Assembly (NCBI RefSeq): GCF_006345805.1
Contig: NC_043000.1
Location: 104,222,001-104,286,000 of the forward strand
Reading direction: 5' to 3'
From: Octopus sinensis
Lineage: Eukaryota
DNA length: 64,000 bases
This document shows positions 52,193 through 64,000 of this stretch, piece after piece. A program made the translations under genes and the position numbers. The stretch's first letter is position 1. Every line of letters begins with the position of its first letter. The notes under the pieces are model-generated. The model saw nothing but the letters and a program-made list of their open reading frames with translations, ran no database searches and was not told the origin of the DNA.

Positions 52193-52193
<1 letters not shown>
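51066..52193 (-). mobile_element. Mariner (DD34D-type) relic with degenerate TIRs
   Basis: RSGQPS...IKADPHQT, VSKLNVWAP, FYNKGIHDLPHHWKQV; ends share aaacaaagtt...cacaacttt in inverted orientation. Confidence 0.8.
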
Positions 52194-52226
<33 letters not shown>

Positions 52227-52429
52227 CACACACACATACACTCGGTACAAACCTTCAAATCCTTGCAGCTTTACTGTCTAAAATGATGATGTCTTACATT
52301 GGCTGAAAAGTATGTAAAAGGGTGTAATGAAATAATACTGGCAGCAGTATATAACTGTTTGTTAATTATAACTAATACAATATTGTATTAATATAATATG
52401 CTGTGGTTATTACTACTTCATTATGTCTT

Positions 52430-52585
52430 TACATTTTGAGTTCAAATTCTGCCGAGGTCAACTTTGCCTTTCATCTGTTCAGGTTCAATAAATTAAATAC
52501 CAGTTGCCAACTGGAATCGATCTAATTGACTGGCCCCCTCCCTAAAATTTTGGGCCTTGTGCCTAGAGTAGAAAAGATTGTGTCC
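52430..52585 (+). mobile_element. Second SINE family fragment (similar pieces near 13080-13150, 53140-53290, 56495-56640)
   Basis: gagttcaaattctgccgaggtcaactttgcctttcat B-box-containing motif recurs. Confidence 0.6.
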
Positions 52586-53926
52586 TTTTACCTACTTCTC
52601 AGCCAGTTTAAAACCTCATCATCATCGTTATTTTAGACAGTAAAACTGCAATGCTTTGGAGATTTATTCTGTTAAATAGATGTTGCCTTCAGTCCTTTCA
52701 GCAAGTTACTTATTCAAATTACTGTTAATAATTTTTTTGTCTTCATTCATAAATCGTTTTTACAAATGAAATCGGTCTCATCTTGATTCTCAGTTGGATT
52801 GGTTTTATTGTGCTGAATGTTTTTGAGAAAGAAGACATGACTGCCATATGGCCCTACAATTTCTAGAGCTTTGTATCTAAATTGGTAGTTTCACTTACGT
52901 TTTTATTTTACTTTCATCTTTGCATTGCTTAAGAGTATCGTACTGCAAAATCTGCAGCTCAGAAGTTCAGTTTCTCCTCCTGGTAATAGCTGGCTCACTT
53001 CACTCGTGTTAAGGCATGAACATTAAAGAATTTCATTTTCCTTTTACAAGTTATGCCTATATACATTTACTGCATGGCTATATGTGTAGAATGTGAATTG
53101 ATAAGACTATAATAATCATCCTTTCTACTCTAAGCACAAGGCCTGGAATTTTGGGAGAGAGTTCTAGTTGATTACACTGACTGGTATTTATTTCAACGAC
53201 CTTGAGGCAAAGTCAGACTCTGGAATTTGAAATAATGGAAGTAATCCTTTCTACTAATATCTGAAAGGATGAAAGGCAAGCTAATAATACTGTCAATTTT
53301 AGAGTGTTTATATTGCCATTTTGTAGCTCATGGCATGCTTGAGAATATTCCTCCTGAAATAAAAAGATAACAGTAGAATTCCTTGCTGCAGCTAAAAGGG
53401 TTGCTTGTGCAATTTATTGTAAAACTAAAGGATAACTGCTGTGATTTCTAGTGAAATTAAAGTGCAAAATGTAGAAAAGGAAAAAGTCTATTCATATAAA
53501 TGTAATAATTTCTCACTCTCTCTCTCTCTCTCTAACTGTCTCTTCAACTCACTCTCTCTGATTTATATTTATAATATTTCAAACAGTTATCATTTACTTT
53601 CCATATCCGTCTATCTAACTTACTTAATTTGTAATATATTTCAGATGTATTTATAATAACATAAATGTTTCAAACTGTCAGTTACCTTCTTTCTTATTTG
53701 TGGCCTGAAGCAATTCTTTTTAAAGCTTTAAGGCCCTGGTCTCTTTATTGTGAGCTAAGCAGGCTTGAGCTATTGATGTAACCCTTGTAATACTTCTATT
53801 TCAGCAATTTTTCAATGTATTTCATTTTGCACTGTAAATTTCAGAGATTGATGGGCAGTCAGTTACTGAAGTAACATTTACTTCAGTGCTCGTCATACCT
53901 TAAATTCAAGATGTTCTTTTATAAAC

Positions 53927-53986
53927 ACAGGTAGCTACTGTGATGTAGCAAGTGGTACAGGTAGCTACTGTGATGTAGCAAATGGT
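53927..53986. repeat. 30-bp tandem duplication (1 mismatch)
   Basis: acaggtagctactgtgatgtagcaa(g/a)tggt x2. Confidence 0.92.
53931..53984 (+). CDS. Candidate 54-nt (or 24-nt, ending 53954) phase 1-1 micro-exon (G)SYCDVASGTGSYCDVAN formed by a 30-bp tandem duplication
   Basis: ttcttttataaacacag acceptor; donors gtacag and gtattt are weak; open in phase 1. Confidence 0.22.
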
Positions 53987-54179
53987 ATTTAATATTAGTG
54001 TGTGCTTATATGTTATTTGATTGCATTAATGTTTACTGATGCTTTCCTTGTATCTTATATATGTTTGTGAATATATATATATGTGTATTATATAATATCG
54101 TTTTCATTAAACGTCCATGTTCCATGCTGGCATGTACGTATATAATATATATATATATATATATATAATCAACTCTAAA

Positions 54180-55170
54180 CTACAATGATGAAACCAAAGC
54201 TGTTGCTTTTTAGCAAACTCAACAAAGTAGGATTCAAAATCCCTTGGCTACAAAGTCCCATCTTATGGGTATACTAGGACTTGCAACTTATTTATACATA
54301 CTATGTTAACTGTTTTCTCTCAAACACCTAACCCATAAACTGCAGCAAACTTCTTGAAATCTTTTGGATGATCTACCTGAATCTTTTTGTCTTTGACTTT
54401 TCTCTCACTACTAACCATGTTGATGCAGCACTCTTCTTTATAGTTCTAACCTCATTATCTATCTATTTGCTCCTAATATCAACAATCCCTCTACAGTCTT
54501 CTACATCTATTTAATGGAATCTGTGTTTAACAATATCAAAATGCAATGATGATATCAAACCAGAAGAAATATATTTCTGTAACCTCTTCTGAAACGTTTG
54601 CATACCTAAAACTTTGCCATCCAAAATACTTTTCTGTCTTTGAGATTAAGAACTTTAACACTGACTAGTTACTGATGCCCTTAATACAATTGCTAATAAA
54701 GTATTGTTCTTATAATCCATGACTGTATTCAAAGAGCTATTCATTTACTTCCCAAACCTTTCCACTTTAAAACCTGTGCTGTACTTTCATTCTACTGTTT
54801 TTGCTATTGCAATAATGTACATGGTCTTTTCAAACTTGCCACATCTGTTTTCTTTCCACTTTAAATTACTTAAGATACGTTTTGAAGGAAACATTTAAGT
54901 CCAAGAGTTCTAGTACCTGACTTCCTACATTTCATCACTTTTTCACATATGCTCACTCACAATCAGTTGTGGAACTTCATTTCCTTCTGTTTATTCTCAC
55001 TAAACATTATAAAAACACTAGCAATTACTCAGTTGCCATCACCTTTCATGGGCTTTTGAGTGCTTCCCTCCATTCTTTAAAATTGTTCTATAACTTCTAT
55101 ACTCATTCTCATTCTACTGCTAAACACTTTCATACACTTTGATACACTCTTTACTATTTCTAAATCTTAC
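54180..55170 (+). mobile_element. Possible highly decayed Penelope-like RT relic
   Basis: Broken MG-TR-x-x-NLF segment (from 54265) followed by ttggatgat (DD-like); no intact ORF. Confidence 0.28.
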
Positions 55171-57877
55171 GTAAACTGTTCACAGTGTGTGTTTTATTTT
55201 CATTTATTTTATGCTTGTTTAATCCATAGAGTATTAATTCAGTTTGTAACTATGAATTATGAATCTTTCAAAGAGATAAAAAAATAAACCATTTATTTTA
55301 AACTTATTTTTTGCTAGTTGCTTTATAAGTTATAAAATTCCTTATTAAAAGTTTAAGGTATTTTTAAATACCACCACAAAAGTGCTCTGCCTTTTAAATT
55401 TGATTGAACCAATATAACTATTCCCTTGCTTAATGAATCGGCACTAAATAATTAAGATTTGTGGAGCTGGGGTAAATGAAACCTTGTTATTACAATTGTT
55501 TCTCTACTCACTACACACAATAATGAATATATGGAATGTTAACAAGTTATTTGTTTTACAATTATGTGGATCTAGGTTCAGTCTCACTGCAAAAGACTTT
55601 GAGCTTGTGTCTTCAAGCCATTAACTGCTGATAACTTGGAAATTCCATCCTACATAGAATTGGAAGGTCTATGTTCCCTGCCACCTCTAGGGAAGTTATT
55701 GCCTATTTAGTGTATCATAATTGTGGGTTGTCACCTAGTTTGTCATGCATTTTGACAACACCTAACTAGTTATTTCCTCATGCATCATATATTGTTGTCC
55801 CCGAAATATCACACCCTAGAGAACGCCAACTGATTGGCCTTTTGGAGCATGTAATAAAACTGTTGTCACTAGCTAGCTAAAGAACCCATCTATCCTAAAC
55901 TAACTAATGTAGATCTATATGTCCCTATTTGATACCTATTTTTAAATTTCTTTAAATTTTCTCATTCTATGTATTTGATGGTGTGGTAATGTCTTTCACC
56001 CACAAAACTTTTATGTGGAACTGAGTCAGCCACTGTGTGTGTGTTTTTACATGACTTAATCAAAGAAAGTACACATGACGTTTTATGAGACTTTAAACAT
56101 TGCAGTGTAAGAATAAAGCAGCTTATCAGATGGAGCTATCCTCACACAGCATGTTTTGTCAATAAAAATGATTCCTAGGGCTCAGTTGAAAGTAATTTAA
56201 ACAGTGTTTTTATGTGCATGTGCACTAGAGGTTTCATTAATCTCTTTGAATGGTTGGTATTCTTGTTGATGTTTTTGTTTCTTTTCTTTTTTAATCCCTT
56301 TCAATTTCTGTTTTGTGTGAGTGTGTGTGCATGTAAATATACATACAGATTATGTCTACATATGTATTCATAATACACACATTCATATTAGGTTCTTTTA
56401 AATAATATATATATATATCACTATTATTAAGTGCATTAAATTGGAAAATTATTACAGCATCTAACACAATGCCTTATATTTAATTATTACTTTTTATGTT
56501 CAAATTCGACTGGGGTCAACTTTGCTATTTTTCTTTCCAGGGTTGATAAAATAAACTCTGATTACTAGCTTCAGTATAGTTAATTGTTCTTTCTTCTCTC
56601 CAAATTCCTGACCTTGTGTCTGTGTTAGAAATTATTATTTAAATACACTCAGTAAATAAAATATTTACTCTGCTAGTGTGATGCAGCTTGAAGTGGGTGG
56701 TTGAAAGCAGGTTAAAAGACTACTTTAAAAAAATTTATTTGCATAACTAGTTTCAAAAATTTATTGTCCATTATTATTAGTATATTATAAATATTGTTCG
56801 TTATTATTAGTATATTATCAATTCTAGTTAGTTATTTTTTAGATAGGTGGGCAAAGTGAGACTGTTCTGATTTCTCCCATCATGCTGTAGAAGAGGCAGG
56901 GCATCTGTTTTTAGTATAACGAGATCTAACAACCACCGAAGGGAAATAATGTGAATCCAAAGACAGTTTTCAATGACACTTTTAAAGCTATTAATCAGTT
57001 GAGCTGAGTGTTATTTACTCCTGCCACTTACTGACCTCCAACACAAGTCTACATTTGGGTTAAGGAAAATAAAGTTGTACTTAATGAAATTTGGAAACAG
57101 GGAAGTGAGTAAGGAGTCAGACTAAAACAGCTACAGTTAAATTCAAAGAACTAGTTTTTGATGAGGATGATTTCTAAATTTAACTCAAGGTTATGAATTC
57201 TGGAAAAAGATGTAATTAAGCTTATCAGCTCCCGTACATGTTCAGTATTTTGTCGATGGTCAACTCCAATACTCTTTGAACTCTGAATGTAGATACCTGT
57301 AATTGATACCAGTAATTGATTTATCCGCTGTATTCTAATTTGGACTGAATTGATGTTGATAGTATTGTTTTTAACATATGCACCAGGCCCCAAATGTTTG
57401 ATGGAGAATGGGATGTGGATATGATAGATTGATCTTAATGTTTGATGGGTACCTTTTTTTTTATTAACCCTTGGATAAGCTGAAAAGTAAAGTCGGTAGT
57501 AACCTCAGGATTTAAACTAAGAATGTATGGGATATAACTAAATATCAGAAAGCATTTTGTCTGAAGCTCTAAATATTTAATCCTGCCAATCTTGCCATTG
57601 GCTGCATTGATAATTAGATTGCTTAAAACCAGTTTATATAGTCATACACCTACCCTTTGCTGGGTAGGGGTGTCTTTCATGATTTGTTACACTTAGATAC
57701 TCTCTACTACATGCACAGATATGTATATGCACTCATATTCATTATACACACACTCATACATGGTGTTGGAATTGCTTGAGATTTTCTGTTCCCCAACTTT
57801 ATTTCCTAATTTATAACATTTTCTGTTTGCTTTTTTTATAATTGTTCTCCACTTCTTGTTGTAACCTTTCCCTCCAG

Positions 57878-57913
57878 ATCACTTAGAACCTACTTCCAAG
57901 GAGCTTGGCACAG
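57878..57913 (+). CDS. Candidate 36-nt CAD linker micro-exon (D)HLEPTSKELGT
   Basis: cctttccctccag acceptor, gtatat donor, phase 1-1, open frame. Confidence 0.5.
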
Positions 57914-58110
57914 GTATATACTCCTTTTTTTTTCTTTATAACTCCTACTTCCACCCATTGTCTTCCTGTTAACATCCCCTTTCTCTGTTCATCTGCCTTC
58001 CTGCTTCTTACCGTTTCTACTTAAACACTATTTCACTTCCTTTTCTTCTATCTTTCATCTCTCATTTTCTCTTTATTTTCCCCACTCTCTCTTCTCTCTT
58101 TGCCCTTCAG

Positions 58111-58128
58111 CTGGAAAATGTTTTCAAG
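58111..58128 (+). CDS. Candidate 18-nt CAD linker micro-exon (A)GKCFQ; an alternative longer form ends at 58168 (gtcagt donor)
   Basis: Strong pyrimidine tract cttctctctttgcccttcag, gtacag donor, phase 1-1. Confidence 0.4.
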
Positions 58129-59742
58129 GTACAGCGATGATGATGGTAGATGATCCTCATCATCATGTGTCAGTTGGTTTCCTTGCCTGCTTGCCTTAAT
58201 GTCTTTCATACCATTGATATGTACATTACACACACACATGCACACTCTAATTACATATGACATGTACATATACACATACTCACATGCACTAACACAGAAA
58301 TACTAGCATGTTGCACTTAAATGCAATTTCCTGCAAATCTCCATATATGTTTATGTTTGCAGGGTAAGTGTATACATGCATGATTTGTTTCTACATGGTT
58401 TATTTGCAGGTACACATGCATTTTCACGGGTCCACACAAACATACATACACATTTAATCACACTTGTTTTCTATAATAAGGACACACATTCACACTTTAT
58501 CTTCCAAAATAAAAACAATCCCTTATTGAAGTTACTATGATTCTGTTAATGTTCTATTGTTTGTGCCATCACTTGATCTGTGTTTGTGGATTCAGAAGAC
58601 TGGTTGTCATTGGATATAGTACTGAATGTCTACAGTGGAGTAGTGGACTCCTCATAAGCCTACTTCACAGAGCAGATCTCATGTCCTCTTGACAATGTTG
58701 TATAGCCAACAACCCGGAAGAGAGAAAGGCCCAGTTATGGCCAATTTGCATGCTCTTTTAAGCATTTCAACACTTTACATCTCATAGATATATTCTAATT
58801 TTATCTGTCTCTTCTCTCTCCTTGTGGGATGTGTACTGATTAACCCACTTCAGTGTGTGTCTTTAAAATCATTAATTGATTGTTGAATCCAGCTTGGTCT
58901 GTATCCTCAAACCCATTGATGAATTTTCTGTATTGATGTATGATATTGCTAGCTTAGTGACCACCCCTACATCAATTATTGGTTCTGTTGATGAATCTAG
59001 CTTGTACATTTCTAAATCCTTTATGTGATGTTGTTTAGCCCTATACAAAGTACAGGGTGTAAATGTCAATCATCCCATACTAGCGTGCATGCGTGCGTAC
59101 ACAGACACATACACACACATATTTTTATATATAAAACAGGCTTCCACAAAATTTCTCTCCAGCAAATTTCACTTATAAGGTTATGAAAGATGTTAGCCCA
59201 TAGTGCCACACACTGGAATGGAACCCAGAACCTTATAGTTGCAATGCAACTATTAGCCATACAGTTAAACCTTTTCATTTTGTAACTGTTTTTTCCCCCA
59301 TTTATAATATTTTTATTTTCCATCAATGTTGTGACTTCGAAAATTAAAATTTCATCTTCTGTTGTCAGTTTCTATATGTGTGTGTGTTATTTTCTCATCG
59401 ATGCTAATGTAGGTACATCTGTATATCTAACTGAATGGTTGTCAGCCCTTTTCAGCACCTACCTCACCCTCCCTAAATGATACAACTCACACAGCCTCTT
59501 ACACCAACCATCTCTCTGAAAGAATGAAATGGAAAGTGTAAGAGAGAGAGATAATTATTTTCTGTTGCTTAACAAGTAATATAACATCAATATATATCAA
59601 CTGGTCTTTCTGTTCCATAAAGGAGCTTCTACATAATCACTAAACCTGCTGAAAATAGAAGTCAAATCTTCCTTATCACCTCTTACAACCTTCAATAATA
59701 TATTGGATAATGTAGTTCTTTTACAAAAAGATTAGATGGCAC

Positions 59743-59828
59743 AACTGGAACAAGTGGTTAACAGTTGATCTGAGACTAAACAAGTGCTTAACTGGAACAA
59801 CTGGTTAACAGTTGATCTGAGACTAAAC
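59743..59828. repeat. 39-bp direct repeat, 47-bp period
   Basis: aactggaacaa(g/c)tggttaacagttgatctgagactaaac at 59743 and 59790. Confidence 0.9.
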
Positions 59829-60569
59829 GATAACAACCAAGTTAGAGCCAATGAAGAAAAGCCAATGTGTGATCACTCAACCTGCTTTTCAATCAAGAAA
59901 TGACAAATCAGATGTCAGGGAGAAAACTACATAGGGGGCGATGTTACTACTATATTATGCAGCTTGAAAGCAAACATGGCTGAATCAGTAAGTGGTTGGG
60001 CAACCAGCAACCAAGACATTAGCAGTATATAATCTTATCATTAGCATTGTTATATCTTTTTTGGGGAAAACACTTAGCTTCCAAGTGATCCAGTCCCAGT
60101 TTATGCCAATTACATTATTCAATGAGTTCTTGATTTAAAACAGCAGGATGTTACTTGAGGGATTTTGGTTGCTATTTCTAGCTGGCCGGTTGACTAAGTA
60201 GATGCTTTTTTCCCCCCACTTCTTCTCCATTGGCAGTTGTGTTTTTAGCCTCAGATCAGCTGTTCCATCTTTTTGTGTGTATCAAGAGCTGTATTCAGTA
60301 TATGCTTTAAGATAGGCTGTTGTGATGTGAAGAAGATTTGGCTGCTGTTTCCAGCATGTTGGCAGACTTGTGGAACACGAAGGTCAACTGATTTAGATTT
60401 GGCATCATCTTATTTGTTAGGCAAGAAAACCTGTCTTTCTCCCTTCATACACTTTCTAATTTCATTCACTCAGACATGTGGTTGGTGTTATAGGCAGTGT
60501 AACTGGGTGGTGAGAGGAAAACTGGTGTGTGCGTATGGGGGGGGGAAGGCATGCATTAGAATTGATATA

Positions 60570-61530
60570 AGAATATGTATTTATGCTTATAACAACTGCT
60601 TCTATATGAGATCTAAATCATTTACATGCTCAAATCAAGTGGTCCTGGTTCATTTTGGACATTACTCTTACTGTGGTGTTTATTGACCTTTCTCTCAACA
60701 ACATAATAATAGTCCAATGGATTGAGATTTGGAGAATTAGGAGGCCAAATGTTAGAGGTTATGTTAGGAAAATTTTCAGCCACCCATTCCTGCATCACTT
60801 AAGCCTTGTGTGATGGTGCAGAGTTTTGCTGAAACGCACAAGGCTTTCCATTGTATATCCAGGATTTAACATCTGTTTCCAGGACCTTAATGTATGCAGC
60901 AATGTTGGAAAGAAGTAAGGCAGCATCACATGTCCTTCATTGCTGGCAGCTCCTAAAACCATGACAGTTGCAGGAAATTTTGTATGCATAACTCGTGGAA
61001 CTTTAGAAGGGTCTGCACATAACCATCTTTCATTTCTTCTGTTAGCTTTTTGATCTTGGTATGAGTTTTTCTTGTCTGAGAAAAACCAAATCAAATCTTC
61101 TGCTGGTTTTTTCAGTTTCCTGAAGAGCCAAACGGCTCTGATGTAGCAATTTTTTATTTTGCTTTTTCTGACATAAATTGATCGTTCCTCATCACATAAG
61201 ATTTATATTTGATCTCTTCGTGGACAACGTTACTGGTTGTTCCTTCTGACACCTGGATATCTTTTGCAATTGACCTCATAGATTTTCTGGGATTGTGATC
61301 AATGGTCTGTTGAATTTGCTGGATAAATTCAAGTGTTCTGATGATTTTTATGCATTGATACTGGTGATACATTTCCACCTTTGGTCTCTAACTCCTTACA
61401 AACTTTGTAGATGAAAAATCTGGCAACTTCCAAAAATCGAGATATTCCTAAAGGCTCAGCCTTTATAGCCATGATAACATGCTTCTTCATTTCTTGAATA
61501 AGCTGAAGGTCTGCCATTATTATTTTCTGA
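60570..61530 (-). mobile_element. Second maT (DD37D-like) transposase relic, different subfamily
   Basis: WFFSDKKN, VMHTKFPATVMVLG, NIWPPNSPNLNPLDYYV, IDHNPRKSMRSIAKD. Confidence 0.85.
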
Positions 61531-61619
61531 AAATAAAAAAAAAAAAAAGATTATATAGAGGTAGCAAAAAATACAGCAATAATCAAATAAAAAGTGTATC
61601 CTCAAATACTTTACACATC

Positions 61620-61682
<63 letters not shown>

Positions 61683-63371
61683 CATATTAACGCAGCTTGT
61701 GAATATTTCACTGTATCATGAATTGTTGGGCTATGGTTTGTGATTGTACAAGTGATAAGCATAAGTTCCAAATCAACCACCAATAATGGAGTTACATACA
61801 GTTATTCAAACTTAGAAATAGCAGGCAAACCTTTATAGTAGATCTTGCTATCTTGAAAAGGTAAAAAAACATTGGGTCATGTTGTCTTAGATACACTGTC
61901 TCTAATGAGTAGGTTGTTATGACTGGAATGGCTTTGATCAAGGCTTTAAAAAAAGTTATTAACCAATAATCTAAGTTTCAGGTTTTCCAACAAAATTCCC
62001 AACATATAAAAGGCACATGCCTCTACAATTCAACTTTCAACCTTTATTTAGGGGTTTTTGCCTGAAATTTGGCATTTTTGCTTACCAATTTATTGAATTA
62101 CTATAGAAACTGATTTAACAATTTTGCTGTTCTAGTCGGTTCTTCTCATTCTCCTCTTCTTTATCTGTTGTGGCTTTGACATTACTATTATAACTGTCAG
62201 TTGTATTGACTGCTAACTTAGTGTAAATTAGAACAATCTTCTCCAACTCTGTCAGTTTATCTGTTGAGCATTTAGTTTGTGCAAATTTGAACACATTTCC
62301 AAATGTATTAACAATGTATTGTGTTCATACTCTTTGGAAGATCAAATCTAGGTATGTTTAGCCTAATGATTGAGGTAGATGCCTCAAAAGCACCAAAATT
62401 AGGTCCTGAAATGACTGTTTATCACTTTTGCTTTATATATCTTTCCTTCTCCAAATCGTGTGCTTTCCGTTACATTATGGTTTTGCTCCACCCATCCTGG
62501 CATGCTAAGTTTAATATTGTGTATTTTAAAGGTGTCCCTCACTCTATGTCTGCAAAAAATAGTTTTGCACCAGAAGCTAGTGTAAGTAAATATTTCCTGT
62601 TCTATCGTGAGGACCCTTTTATAGGATCTAGATTGCTCTCCAGAAAGGCATGCCAGTTACTTCATCCCACATTCTTTGCCATAAATCTGATGCTTTGTGC
62701 TTATGAAAGAAATAGTTATGGGTGGTTCAAAGTCAAAAGGTGAGTCACTTCCATTTTAGCTTGTAATGTTTATTAAGCCATGGCATCACACTATCTAATT
62801 TTCTCCATTATGAATTCCCAGCTTAATGCTACCTTTAAAAATCTTATATTCTTTGGAATATAACTTATTTTTTGAGGGGATGGGGAGTAGGGTTTCCTTT
62901 TGTTTTAATTCCTGTTCCCGAATTCCATTTACCTTTTCCCTCTCTCCCCTTTTAATTCTTGTGTTTTTATCATTTTCATGTCTTAAATATATTTAAAAAT
63001 AAACATTCTGTTTTAGTTTTTCTGGATTTCACAAAATTATAAATTTCCTTTTTTATTTGAATTTATGTTAACTAATGAATTTTTTTTTATTTCATACTAA
63101 TTATTTAATATTCCATCCACCAGTCCCATCTAGTTTGGTTTGGGAGATTTGGGCGACAGGGAAATATTGTAATAGCTTATCTTTATATTTCTACATGTCT
63201 TGTATGCCAGTGAAACCACTTGGTTGGAGCTTCCTTCTTTTATACACTCTATAAGGGAGAAAACATACTTAGTAAAGTGTTTGTGTAACATGGTTCTTTT
63301 CTACTCCACTGTTAAGCCTGAGGAGGAAATCATTAGAGAGGCAGGTATTAAACTTGGATAAAGGACTAAAG

Positions 63372-63545
63372 TGGAGGTGCATGGCCTAGAGGTTAGGGTA
63401 TTGGATGCATGCTCATAAGATTGCAATGCACTGTGTTCTTGAGCAAAACACTTTATTTTGCGATGCTCCAGTGCACTCAGCTAGCAAGAGTAATCTTGTG
63501 ACTGACTGGCGTGCCGTCCAGGTAGGGAATATAGGAAGCTAACCT
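63372..63545 (+). mobile_element. Decayed SINE with tRNA-like head and V-domain-like segment
   Basis: tggcctagaggttagggt A-box-like start; tgactgactggcgtgccgtccagg resembles the V-SINE domain as recalled. Confidence 0.33.
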
Positions 63546-64000
63546 TGTGAGTCTTTGACTTGAGAAGGATCTTTATCCTTTATTTTTTGTTAAAGAATTA
63601 AAACTCAATACTAAACATAACATAGCTTAACCCCAGCTCAGCCTGATATTTGAAATATGCTTCAGCCATGACCCTCCCTTCTTTTTTCAGACAGTATACC
63701 TAAGTCTGGTTCTTCAAGATGGTAGGGTGTAGCTTAAGGGGATACTTGGCAGCTTTTTCTAGCAGATCTAGTGAATGCATAAAGGCTTCTTTTTGGCTCA
63801 TGTAAGAGATGTGTATCACTGTTTGGAATGTATTCATTTGTATATGGAGTTAGCATCTCTGTCCATTTCCATTTTCACTCTTACCTCTTGGCTTCTCCCA
63901 CATTTATGTAGATAAGCTTAGTTGGGAAGGGGTGAAGTAATAGCTGTTTAGATATCTTTTAATTATCTCAGCCAAACTAGATTGGAGTTCTTAAACTCCA

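Noticed and set aside
61120-61140. CTGAAGA-GCC-aaac-GGC hammerhead-like start
   Set aside because: No GAAA or stem III follows, and it lies within transposase coding sequence.
62321-62743. 140-aa ORF
   Set aside because: No recognisable domain or splice support; may be decayed repeat sequence, but I could not assign it.
1-64000. CRISPR array or prokaryotic operon
   Set aside because: No regularly spaced repeat-spacer array; the sequence is spliceosomal-intron eukaryotic DNA.

Overview
AT-rich, repeat-dense metazoan genomic DNA. The SINE/RTE/mariner landscape resembles octopus (coleoid cephalopod) DNA, but that assignment is inference from recalled repeat sequences. The window lies almost entirely inside one + strand gene, the trifunctional pyrimidine enzyme CAD. 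I hand-spliced 30 GT-AG exons (1477-47139; 5034 nt, about 1677 codons, all phases consistent, no stops). They cover the 3' half of the glutaminase domain, both CPS ATP-grasp halves, the MGS-like allosteric domain, dihydroorotase and the start of the DHO-ATCase linker. The 5' exons and the ATCase exons are not visible in the window. Introns contain a Gypsy RT relic, RTE LINE fragments, many tRNA-derived SINEs, four decayed Tc1/mariner elements, hAT-type MITEs with 8-bp TSDs, microsatellites and one 100-N gap. Most notable: (i) a set of candidate phase-1/phase-1 micro-exons that could build a variable DHO-ATCase linker, (ii) two insertions in TA/TG microsatellites that carry minimal hammerhead-ribozyme-like folds, one inside a 34-bp inverted repeat, and (iii) a cluster of single-base changes at normally conserved CPS.A residues. 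No prokaryotic-type system or CRISPR array was seen.
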